64,000 nt of DNA from an uncultured bacterium (lineage in GTDB: Bacteria; Bacillota_I; Bacilli_A; RFN20; CAG-826): assembly GCA_949293255.1 (NCBI GenBank), contig CASFCL010000001.1, positions 1,082 through 65,081 of the forward strand, read 5' to 3'. Shown here in pieces: positions 37,242 to 46,438 of the stretch. A model generated the notes under the pieces. That model did no database searches. It saw nothing but the letters and a program-made list of their open reading frames with translations, and was not told the DNA's origin. A program made the translations under genes and the position numbers. Position 1 is the stretch's first letter; each line of letters starts with the position of its first letter.

Positions 37242-38409
37242 ATCCTCTTTTTCTTTTAATTATTATATCTATTACATTTCCTTGAAGCTGGTAATTTTCA
37301 TCAAAAACCTTGCAGAATCCAATTTCTTTTAAGAAATTTTCATTTTTACTAGTTATGAATAATTTTAAAGGATTATATTTTTCATATAATGATAAATAAA
37401 AATCAAAAATAAAATATGCAAAATCTTTGTAGTCTAAATAGTTGTAGGAGTGGATAATGAAGGTCCTTTCATCTTTTGAAAAAGTGATAAAACCAACAAG
37501 TTCATTGTCTTTATATAAATGAATTCTCTTATAATTTTCTTCATCAGTTGAGTCACTAAAATAATTCTCAGTATGATTTTTGTTAAACTTAGTTTCTTTA
37601 ATATATTCATTTATATTCAAAGTTTCTTTATAAAATAAATTTTCTTTTTGGCCTTCAACTTTTATTTCTTCATGCATATAAAATAAATCTTCTTTTTCAT
37701 TATTTGATAGCATTGTTAGGAAATTATCGATACTTTCAGGATATTTTTTATTAAAGTTTGTAATGATTTCTTTGATATCTGCTCTTTTAGTTGCTCCATC
37801 GTTAGGACAATTACTTGAAATGAATGGAATATTTTCTTCTTTAATTGCTCGTTTAATTATTTTTTCATCACATAAAATTAAAGGACGAATAAAAGTGATG
37901 TTTTCATTGGATAAAAACATCTTTGGACTAAAAGTTGCAATTCTAGCTCCATAGATCTCATTTAAAAATAAAGTTTCAATTGCATCGTTTTTATGATGAG
38001 CAAAAGCGACTTTGTTACAGTTATAATTATGTGCTTCTTTATTGATTATTGCCTTTTTCATTCTTGAACAAATCGAGCAAGGAAGGTGTGGGAGTTTTTG
38101 TAATTCTTGTTGCTTTTTAAGCACTTGATAAACCATTTTTCCATCGGAAATTTTTAAATTTAAGTCGAGTTTTGCAAGGAAATTGATAATTTCTGAAGGG
38201 TTAAAGTTATCAAATCCTAAATCAATCATGATAGGAACGATGGTAAAATCAAGTTTCGAAAATTTTTTATATAAAGATAAAGCGTAGATTAAAACCATAC
38301 TATCTTTTCCTCCGCTAACGCCTATTGCAATAGTGTCGTTATTTTGGAAAAAATTGTATGTTTTGTCGGCTCTTTTAATACTTGCTAAAATTTGACGAAT
38401 TGCTTTCAT
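37231..38409 (-). CDS. TtcA-family PP-loop tRNA thiolase-like protein with ~130-aa C-terminal extension
   Basis: PP-loop IGVSGGKDSM. CSICSRMKK...AFAHHKNDAIETLFLN matches the E. coli TtcA CSLCSRLRR...ALGHHRDDILQTLFLN block. 392 aa against about 310 for TtcA. Convergent 11-nt overlap with the rbfA 3' end. Confidence 0.7.
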   Translation of the reverse strand: MKAIRQILASIKRADKTYNFFQNNDTIAIGVSGGKDSMVLIYALSLYKKFSKLDFTIVPIMIDLGFDNFNPSEIINFLAKLDLNLKISDGKMVYQVLKKQQELQKLPHLPCSICSRMKKAIINKEAHNYNCNKVAFAHHKNDAIETLFLNEIYGARIATFSPKMFLSNENITFIRPLILCDEKIIKRAIKEENIPFISSNCPNDGATKRADIKEIITNFNKKYPESIDNFLTMLSNNEKEDLFYMHEEIKVEGQKENLFYKETLNINEYIKETKFNKNHTENYFSDSTDEENYKRIHLYKDNELVGFITFSKDERTFIIHSYNYLDYKDFAYFIFDFYLSLYEKYNPLKLFITSKNENFLKEIGFCKVFDENYQLQGNVIDIIIKRKRGFIF

Positions 38410-38452
38410 AAAGACTTTAAATATACTAACATTTTTAATATAATTTTCTAAT

Positions 38453-39364
38453 ATGAAAGTAGTATTTTTGAAAAATTTTAATGATCTTGATTTAAATTTA
38501 AAAAATCTTTCCTTGGTTCTTGGATATTTCGATGGTGTTCATATTGGACATTCTCAATTAATTAGTTTTGCTAAATCTATGAGCGAAGGTGGAGACTTAG
38601 CTGTTTTAACTTTTGATAAGCCTCTTAAAAGTATTGAAGGTTGTTTAACAAATCTTGATACAAAAAAAGAAATTATGAAAAGTTTAGGTGTCGATTATTT
38701 ATTAGTAATTGTTTGCGATGATAATTTTAAGAAAATGTCTTATGTAAACTTTATCAATAAGGTTTTAAAAGCTCTTAAGCCAACAAAATTATTTTGCGGC
38801 CCAGATTTTAGATATGGATATGGAGCCCAAGGTGATGTTCAATTCTTAAAAGAAAGATTTAATGATGTTTATGTTCTTAACTATGTAAATGACCATTATG
38901 GTAATAAAATTTCTTCAAGTGAAATTAAAGATTTGATTCTTGAAGGAAAAATAACAGAAGCAAATAGATGGTTAGGAAGAGAATATATGATTACAGGAAT
39001 TGTTTCTCACGGGAAAAGCAATGGTAAAACATTAGGATTTCCAACTGCAAATTTAATTCCTGATACAAATTATGTAATTCCTAAAAATGGAGTTTATGCT
39101 ACAAGATGTAAAGTTGATGGAGTAATTTATCCTTCAATTACAAATATTGGAACACATCCTACAATTAACGAATTATTAGTTCCTTCAATTGAAACTTTCT
39201 TAATTGGATATGAAGGAAATCTTTATGGGGAAGAAATTTCATTATATTTTGATGAATTTTTAAGAGAAGAACAAAAATTTAACTCAATTGATGAATTAAA
39301 AGCAGCAATCGAGAAAAATAAAGAAGATGCTATTCATTATTTTAAGTTCAATAAAATTAGATAA
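38453..39364 (+). CDS. ribF: bifunctional riboflavin kinase / FMN adenylyltransferase
   Basis: N-terminal nucleotidyltransferase LGYFDGVHIGHSQLI and C-terminal riboflavin kinase domain (GFPTANL, PTIN). 303 aa. Confidence 0.85.
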   Translation: MKVVFLKNFNDLDLNLKNLSLVLGYFDGVHIGHSQLISFAKSMSEGGDLAVLTFDKPLKSIEGCLTNLDTKKEIMKSLGVDYLLVIVCDDNFKKMSYVNFINKVLKALKPTKLFCGPDFRYGYGAQGDVQFLKERFNDVYVLNYVNDHYGNKISSSEIKDLILEGKITEANRWLGREYMITGIVSHGKSNGKTLGFPTANLIPDTNYVIPKNGVYATRCKVDGVIYPSITNIGTHPTINELLVPSIETFLIGYEGNLYGEEISLYFDEFLREEQKFNSIDELKAAIEKNKEDAIHYFKFNKIR

Positions 39365-39480
39365 ATCTATACTTTAAATTTATTGTTAACTTATATATAA
39401 TAATGTGCGTACGCTTTTCCAAGGTAATCGAAGACCGAGACGTTTACCATAGATAAGCGCGAATAAAAGGAGAAATATTT

Positions 39481-39750
39481 ATGGCTTTAGACAAAAAAGA
39501 AAAAGCAAAGATTATTTCTAAATTCGGAAAAAACGAAAAGGACACTGGTTCAGTTGAAGTTCAAATCGCATTATTAACTTCAAAGATTAAAACTTTAACA
39601 GAACACTTAAAGGCAAATCATAAGGATCACGTTGCAAGACGTGGCTTACTTGTCTTAGTTGGTCAAAGAAAATCTCTCTTAAGTTACTTAGAAAGAATTG
39701 ACCGTGATAGATATATCAAAGTCCTTGCAGAATTAGGATTAAGAAAATAA
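39481..39750 (+). CDS. rpsO: 30S ribosomal protein S15
   Basis: 89 aa; GSVEVQIALLTSKIKTLTEHLKANHKDHVARRGLLVLVGQRK is canonical S15. Confidence 0.95.
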   Translation: MALDKKEKAKIISKFGKNEKDTGSVEVQIALLTSKIKTLTEHLKANHKDHVARRGLLVLVGQRKSLLSYLERIDRDRYIKVLAELGLRK

Positions 39751-39757
39751 TCAATTT

Positions 39758-39788
39758 AAGCCCTAGTTGTAAACTAGGGCTTTTCTTT
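39758..39788 (+). terminator. rho-independent terminator after rpsO
   Basis: 10-bp stem aagccctagt/actagggctt with a 5-nt loop, followed by TTTT. Confidence 0.7.
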
Positions 39789-39816
39789 AATAGTAGTCAA
39801 TAGATAAAATATTTAT

Positions 39817-41550
39817 ATGGAAAAAGCTTTGTCTTCAATAAAAAAGTATAAAAAAGAAGCAATATTAGGCCCAATTTTTAAGATGTTAGAGGTTTTTTTT
39901 GAACTTATAACCCCATTTTTAATGAGATTTATTGTTAATGAAGGTATCAATGTTGCTACTCCTGAAAATTTATGGCCAATTATTTATCCTAGTTTAATAA
40001 TTTTAGGATTATGTATTTTAGGATTTTTATCTACTTTAGTCTGTCAATATTTTGCCTCAGTTGCTACTTGGGGATGCGGAGAAGATATAAGAAATCGACT
40101 TTATTTAAAAATTGGAAGTCTATCTTCTAAAGAGATCAACAAAATTGGAGCTAATACATTAGTAACAGTAGTTACAAATGATGTTTTAAAAGTTCAAAAC
40201 GGAATTTCAATGGCAATAAGACTTGCTTTAAGAGCTCCATGTTTAGTAATCGGTGCTTTAGTTTGTTCTTTTATATTAAATTGGCAAATTGATTTAATAT
40301 TTTTAGCAATTATTCCCTTAATTATTATTGTTTATTTCGTAGTTTTAAAGTATTCGACAAGACAATTAACAAAAGTTCAAAAAAGAACTGATGAAATCAC
40401 TCAAATTGCTAGTGATAGTTTAAGAGGAACCAGAGTAATTAAAGGTTTTAATAAAGAAAATGAAACTGAAAATCGTTTCAATAAAGAAACTGAAGGATAT
40501 TTTAAAGAATCAAAAACAAACGCTTTTTTAAATGCGATTATCAATCCGTTTACATTCTTAGTTATTAACACTGCAATTACTTTAATTATCGTATTTTCAG
40601 GTAATTTAGTTTTCCAAGTTGGAGATACATCTTTTATTGCTAGCGGAGATTTAGTTGCTTTAGTTTCTTATCTAAATCAAATCTTAATTGCATTAGTGGT
40701 AGTTTGTAATTTAGTTGTAATTTTTACAAAAGCATTTGCTTCAAATAAAAGAATCAATAAAGTATTTAGTATTGAAACATCAATTATTAATAACAAAAAA
40801 TACGATAAAATAGATATAAATGATAGTGAAGAGCTTTATAAATTTGAAAACGTTTCTTTAAGTTATGGCAATGATATTAATGTCGTTGAGAATATTTCTT
40901 TTACTATAAATAAAGGCGAAACAATAGGAATTGTTGGTGGTACAGGTTCAGGTAAATCAACTCTTGTTAGATTATTAAATAGATTCTTTGATCCAACTAG
41001 TGGAGAAATTTTCTATAAAGGTGTTAATTTAAAAGATTATGATTTAGATATTTATAAAGATGAAATCGGATTTGTTCCTCAAAAGAATGTTTTATTTAGA
41101 GGTACAATTAGATCAAATTTTGAATTATCAAAAGAAGGCATTAATGATATCGATATTGAGGAAGCATTGAAATTTGCTGAAGCTTATGATTTTGTAAACG
41201 CTAAAAAAGAAAAGTATGATGAAGAAGTAAAGGAAGGTGGTAAAAACTTTTCAGGTGGGCAAAGACAACGTCTTTGCATTGCTAGAGCAATCATTAAAAG
41301 CCCAGAAGTTTTAATTATGGATGATTCAACATCTGCATTAGATAATATTACTGAAAGAAATATTAGAAATAACATTTCAAAAAGAAAAGGTTTAACAACA
41401 ATTATTATTTCTCAAAAAATTTCATCAGTTCATCAAGCTGATAAAATCTTGGTTATTGATAATGGAAAACTCATTGATATAGGAAGCCATAATGAGTTAA
41501 TTGAAAGATGTGAATTTTATAAGGATATGGCTATTTCTCAAAGTAGGTAA
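39817..41550 (+). CDS. ABC exporter, fused permease/ATPase (half-transporter 1)
   Basis: N-terminal 6-TM domain. C-terminal NBD with Walker A GGTGSGKST, signature FSGGQRQRLCIARAI and Walker B LIMDDSTSALD. Confidence 0.85.
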   Translation: MEKALSSIKKYKKEAILGPIFKMLEVFFELITPFLMRFIVNEGINVATPENLWPIIYPSLIILGLCILGFLSTLVCQYFASVATWGCGEDIRNRLYLKIGSLSSKEINKIGANTLVTVVTNDVLKVQNGISMAIRLALRAPCLVIGALVCSFILNWQIDLIFLAIIPLIIIVYFVVLKYSTRQLTKVQKRTDEITQIASDSLRGTRVIKGFNKENETENRFNKETEGYFKESKTNAFLNAIINPFTFLVINTAITLIIVFSGNLVFQVGDTSFIASGDLVALVSYLNQILIALVVVCNLVVIFTKAFASNKRINKVFSIETSIINNKKYDKIDINDSEELYKFENVSLSYGNDINVVENISFTINKGETIGIVGGTGSGKSTLVRLLNRFFDPTSGEIFYKGVNLKDYDLDIYKDEIGFVPQKNVLFRGTIRSNFELSKEGINDIDIEEALKFAEAYDFVNAKKEKYDEEVKEGGKNFSGGQRQRLCIARAIIKSPEVLIMDDSTSALDNITERNIRNNISKRKGLTTIIISQKISSVHQADKILVIDNGKLIDIGSHNELIERCEFYKDMAISQSR

Positions 41551-41556
41551 AAGGCG

Positions 41557-43311
41557 ATGAAAAATCTTGAGTTAGTTTTAAAATATTTCAAAAAACATAA
41601 GATTAGAACGGTTTTTTCTCTAATTATTGGGTTTTTATATGTTGTTTGTGTTGTCTTTATTCCATTTTTAGTAGGTTTATCAATTGATGAAATTGCTATT
41701 CAAATTACTGATTTTAGTGGTAGCTTTGAGTTATTATTTGTCTATATTTTAATCATAGTTGGATTAGTTGTTATAGGAACATTTACTCAATTTATTTTTG
41801 ATGTTTTAGCTTCAATTATTGTTGAAGTTTTTATCAAAGAATTAAAAGATTCAACCTTTAAAAAGATAAATAAATTATCTATTTCGTACATTGATCAACA
41901 CGCTCATGGGGATTTAGTTTCGAGAATTATCAACGATTCAGATAATATTTCTTTAGCTTTAACTGGATGCTTTAAACAATTTTATGAAGGTATTGTAACG
42001 CTTCTTGTAACCATAATTTTCATGTTTTGGATCAACTGGATTTTAGGATTAGTTGTTTTAGTTTTAACTCCATTTGGATTTTTAGTTTCTTATACAATTG
42101 CAAAAAAATCAAATATCCACTTTAAAAAACAAGTTGCTGTTCAAGGAGATATCAGTTCATTTGCATTAGAAAATTTTACAAATTATGAATTGGTTAATGC
42201 TTTTAGAATTAATGAAAAACAATTTGATAGCTTTAAAGAAGTTAATAATCGTTTATATAAAGTTGGACAAAAAGCTCAACTTATTTCAAGTTTTACCAAC
42301 CCAGGAACAAGATTAATAAATAATGTTGTTTATGCAATTGTTGGATTTAGTGGAGCATTACTAGCGATTTTATCGAAAGATTCAGACTTTATTTTATTAG
42401 GAGCTTCTTGTTCAATCGGTGTAATTTCAACTTTCTTACAATATGCAAATCAATTTGCAAAACCATTTAATGATATGTCTTCAACAATAAGTGAAATCCA
42501 ACAAGGTTTCCAATCATTAAAAAGAATTAATGAAATATTTAATGAAAAAGAAGATATTGATGAAGGAAATCTTGAGATGGTTTCAACAACCAAGACTTTA
42601 AATTTTGAAAATTTATCATTTGGATATGAAAAAGATAGATTAGTTATTAAAAATTTAAATTTAGATATTTATAGTGGTCATAAAATTGCCTTTATTGGAC
42701 CAACTGGTTGTGGAAAAACAACACTTATAAACTTAATTTTAAGATTTTATGAGCCAAATGAAGGAAAAATCTTAATTGATTCGACTAATATTAACCAGCT
42801 TACAAAGAAAAATTTAAGAAAGAAATTTGGCTTAGTTCTTCAAGATAGTTGGATTTTTAAAGGTACAATTTTTGAAAATATTGCTTATGCAAAAGAAAAT
42901 GCAACTTTAGAAGAAGTTATCGAAGCTAGTAAAAAAGCATATTCATATAGTTTTATTTCTAGACTTCCTAATGGTTTTGATACAGTTGTAAGTAATGATT
43001 CAGGTTTAAGCGAAGGTGAAAAACAACTTATTTCGATCACAAGAATTATGTTATTAAATCCAGATTTTATTATTTTAGATGAAGCAACTTCAAATATCGA
43101 CTCACTTAGTGAAACTAAAATTGTTAAAGCAGTTAATAAACTTATGGAAGGTAAAACTTCGATTGTTATTGCTCATAGATTATCAACAATCAAAAATAGT
43201 GATTTAATCGTTGCTTTAAAGGATGGAGAAATAATTGAGCAAGGAAAACATGATGAATTAATTAAAAATAATGGATTTTATAAGAAACTTTACGATGCTC
43301 AATTTGAATAA
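41557..43311 (+). CDS. ABC exporter, fused permease/ATPase (half-transporter 2; degenerate signature)
   Basis: 6-TM domain plus NBD with Walker A GPTGCGKTT, signature-like LSEGEKQLISITR and Walker B IILDEATSNID. Likely the heterodimer partner of the upstream gene. Confidence 0.8.
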   Translation: MKNLELVLKYFKKHKIRTVFSLIIGFLYVVCVVFIPFLVGLSIDEIAIQITDFSGSFELLFVYILIIVGLVVIGTFTQFIFDVLASIIVEVFIKELKDSTFKKINKLSISYIDQHAHGDLVSRIINDSDNISLALTGCFKQFYEGIVTLLVTIIFMFWINWILGLVVLVLTPFGFLVSYTIAKKSNIHFKKQVAVQGDISSFALENFTNYELVNAFRINEKQFDSFKEVNNRLYKVGQKAQLISSFTNPGTRLINNVVYAIVGFSGALLAILSKDSDFILLGASCSIGVISTFLQYANQFAKPFNDMSSTISEIQQGFQSLKRINEIFNEKEDIDEGNLEMVSTTKTLNFENLSFGYEKDRLVIKNLNLDIYSGHKIAFIGPTGCGKTTLINLILRFYEPNEGKILIDSTNINQLTKKNLRKKFGLVLQDSWIFKGTIFENIAYAKENATLEEVIEASKKAYSYSFISRLPNGFDTVVSNDSGLSEGEKQLISITRIMLLNPDFIILDEATSNIDSLSETKIVKAVNKLMEGKTSIVIAHRLSTIKNSDLIVALKDGEIIEQGKHDELIKNNGFYKKLYDAQFE

Positions 43312-43401
43312 TTTTTCATCAACTAATTTATATAATAAATTAAAAGTAGAAATCGGGTTTAGTAAATAATATAATATTTCAGTTAAAAGAAGGAAAAATG
43401 A

Positions 43402-45720
43402 ATGAAAAAAGTATTTGAGACCGAGTTTTTTGGGAAAAAACTCATTGTAGAAACAGGAGAAATCGCAAAACAAGCAGATGGCGCTGTTTTTGTAAGATTT
43501 AATGACACAGTTGTTTTATCAACTGTTTGCTGTAGTAACGAACCAAAAGAGGGAGATTTCTTCCCTTTAACAGTTGGATACGAAGAAAAGCAATATGCCA
43601 TCGGTAGAATCCCAGGTGGATTCTTAAGAAGAGAAGGTAGACCAGGAGAACATGCTACCTTAACTGCAAGATTAATTGATAGACCAATTAGACCAATGTT
43701 CTCTGAAGGATTTAGAAACGAAGTTCAAATTGTTAATACCGTCATGAGTGTTGACTTAGATTCAACACCTGAAATGACTGCAATGTTTGGCTCTTCACTT
43801 GCATTATGTATATCAGATATTCCATTTGATGGACCAATTGCTGGTGTTTATGTTGGTAAAGTTGATGGAAAATTAGTAATTAACCCAACAGTTGAAGAAA
43901 GAGAAAGATCAGAATTAAATTTAGCTGTTGCTGGTAGTAAAGAGGCTATCAACATGGTTGAAGCTGGTGCAAATGAATTAAGCGAAGATGAAATGCTTGA
44001 TGCTATTATGTTTGGACATGTAGCAATCAAAAAACTTTGCGAATTCCAAGAAAGTATTGTTAAGGAAATTGGAAAACCAAAAAGAGAAGTTTCTCTTTAT
44101 GCCCCAGATCCAGTAATTAAAGAAGATATTTATTCAAGAATTTACGATAGAATGGTTAAATCCATCTCAATTTTCGACAAACTTGAAAGACAAAACGCAA
44201 TCGATAATCTTAAAAATGAAATTTTAGATGATTATGATGCAAGAGCTTATAAAAATGAAAAAGATCACAATCTTTCAATGTTAATGGTTAACGACATTTT
44301 GGAAAAAATGGTCGCTGATGAAGTCAGAAGATTAATTACTGAAGAAAAAATCAGACCTGATGGAAGAAAAGTAGATGAAATTAGACCTCTTGATGCTCAA
44401 GTTGGTTTACTTCCAAGAGTTCATGGTAGTGCAATGTTTACTCGTGGACAAACTCAAGTCATCTCAACATGTACTTTAGGTATTAAAGAAGATGAACAAA
44501 TTTTAGAAAATTTATCTCCAGAAGAAACAAAACGCTGGATGCATCATTATAATTTCCCACCTTATTCAGTTGGTGAAATCGGAAGAATGGGAACTCCAGG
44601 CAGAAGAGAAATTGGACATGGTGCTTTAGGTGAAAGAGCACTTTCGTATGTTTTACCATCAGTCGAAGAATTCCCATACACAATTAGATGTGTTGCAGAA
44701 GTTTGTGAATCAAATGGTTCATCATCTCAAGCTTCAATCTGTGCTTCATGTATGGCACTTATGGATGCAGGTGTCCCAATTAAGAGAATGGTTAGTGGTA
44801 TTGCAATGGGATTAATCACTAGTGGACCACTTGATGGAAATCATCCATATACAATTTTAACTGATATCCAAGGTTTAGAAGATCACTTCGGTGATATGGA
44901 CTTCAAAGTTGCTGGTACTGAAAAAGGTGTCACAGCTTTACAAATGGATATCAAAATTAAAGGTGTTACAAGAGAAATTCTTCATGATGCATTAATGCAA
45001 GCACATGATGCAAGAGCTCAAATTAGAGAAGTAATGTCAAAAGCAATTAGCAAACCAAGAAGTGAACTTTCAAAATGGGCTCCTAAATTTGACACTATTC
45101 AAATCGATAAAGATAAGATTAAAGATGTTATCGGAACTGGTGGAAAAGTTATTAATGACATTATTGAAAAATGTAATGATGTTAAAATCGACATTGAAGA
45201 TAATGGTTTAGTTTCAATCTACCACATGGATAGAGAATCAATTAACAAAGCAAAACAAATGATTGAAGACATTGTTAGAGTTCCTCAAATTGGTGAAGTC
45301 TTTAACGGAACTATTACAAGAATTGAAGATTTTGGTGTATTTGTTAACTTATTTGGAAACAAAGAAGGTTTATGCCACGTTTCATCTCTTGATTGGAAAT
45401 TTGTTAAATCAGCAAAAGGTTATGCAAATATTGGAGACAAACTTTTAGTTAAGATTATTGATATTGATGATCATGGCAAAATTAAAGTTTCACATAAAGA
45501 TGCTATCGAAAAACCTGCTAATCTCGAACAAAATAGTAGAAAATCATTCGATAACAATGATAGAAACAATCAAAGAAAGAACAATTCAAATAACAACAAC
45601 TTAAAATCTTTTGTAAAAGAAGATAAGAAAAAAGAAGAAGCTTACCCACAAGAAGCTTCTCAACCAAAAGGAAAAGAAGAAGATAAAAAAGGATTCTTCT
45701 CTAATTTATTTAAAAAATAA
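43402..45720 (+). CDS. pnp: polyribonucleotide nucleotidyltransferase (PNPase) with low-complexity Asn/Lys-rich C-terminal tail
   Basis: Two RNase PH domains plus KH and S1 domains (FNGTITRIEDFGVFVNL). 772 aa. Tail NNDRNNQRKNNSNNNNLKSF..KGKEEDKKGFFSNLFKK. Confidence 0.95.
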   Translation: MKKVFETEFFGKKLIVETGEIAKQADGAVFVRFNDTVVLSTVCCSNEPKEGDFFPLTVGYEEKQYAIGRIPGGFLRREGRPGEHATLTARLIDRPIRPMFSEGFRNEVQIVNTVMSVDLDSTPEMTAMFGSSLALCISDIPFDGPIAGVYVGKVDGKLVINPTVEERERSELNLAVAGSKEAINMVEAGANELSEDEMLDAIMFGHVAIKKLCEFQESIVKEIGKPKREVSLYAPDPVIKEDIYSRIYDRMVKSISIFDKLERQNAIDNLKNEILDDYDARAYKNEKDHNLSMLMVNDILEKMVADEVRRLITEEKIRPDGRKVDEIRPLDAQVGLLPRVHGSAMFTRGQTQVISTCTLGIKEDEQILENLSPEETKRWMHHYNFPPYSVGEIGRMGTPGRREIGHGALGERALSYVLPSVEEFPYTIRCVAEVCESNGSSSQASICASCMALMDAGVPIKRMVSGIAMGLITSGPLDGNHPYTILTDIQGLEDHFGDMDFKVAGTEKGVTALQMDIKIKGVTREILHDALMQAHDARAQIREVMSKAISKPRSELSKWAPKFDTIQIDKDKIKDVIGTGGKVINDIIEKCNDVKIDIEDNGLVSIYHMDRESINKAKQMIEDIVRVPQIGEVFNGTITRIEDFGVFVNLFGNKEGLCHVSSLDWKFVKSAKGYANIGDKLLVKIIDIDDHGKIKVSHKDAIEKPANLEQNSRKSFDNNDRNNQRKNNSNNNNLKSFVKEDKKKEEAYPQEASQPKGKEEDKKGFFSNLFKK

Positions 45721-45722
45721 AA

Positions 45723-46262
45723 ATGAAATTATTAATTGCTAGCGATTTACATGGTTCTAGAGGGGCAAGCGAAAAGCTTGTCTCTTTAGAGAACCATTTT
45801 AATTTTTATAAAATCTTTTTATTAGGTGATATCGGTTATAGTGGTGCTAGAAATGTTCCTCCAATTGATTATTATCCAATTGATGTTTATAAAAATTTGA
45901 ATGAAATTAAAGATAAATTAGTCATTGTTCGAGGTAACTGTGACTCTAGAGTTGATGAATATGTTTTAAATAAGAAATTTTATGATAAAAAAGTATTTAA
46001 AATTTCTGGATATAAATTTTATTTAACTCACGGAGATATCTATAACGAATCATCTTTTAATCTAAAAGAAAATGATTTTTATCTTTATGGACATACTCAT
46101 GTTTATGAATTAACTAAAAAAGAATATATAGTTTTAAATCCAGGTAGCTTATCTTTACCAAAAATTAATAAAGAGAAAACTTATATTATTATTGATTTAA
46201 CTGAACGTGAAATTACGCTTTACGACTTTGATGATAAACCTTTAAAAACCCTTAATTTTTAG
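45723..46262 (+). CDS. YfcE/MJ0936-family metallophosphoesterase
   Basis: Motifs DLHGS, LGDIGYSG, GNCD, THGD and GHTHV of the calcineurin-like phosphoesterase fold. 179 aa. Confidence 0.75.
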   Translation: MKLLIASDLHGSRGASEKLVSLENHFNFYKIFLLGDIGYSGARNVPPIDYYPIDVYKNLNEIKDKLVIVRGNCDSRVDEYVLNKKFYDKKVFKISGYKFYLTHGDIYNESSFNLKENDFYLYGHTHVYELTKKEYIVLNPGSLSLPKINKEKTYIIIDLTEREITLYDFDDKPLKTLNF

Positions 46263-46438
46263 AAATACTAGGGTTCTGCATGGTTTTTATCAAAAAATAC
46301 ATGATTTAATATACTTTTAAATTTTTATTAAAAATCTTTTTTTATTGTCTTAATTAATATAAAATATTAATAGATGGTCAAAAAATATTTTTATAATTGA
46401 AAATTTTTAACAGATCGTTAATAGGAGAATTATTGTAG

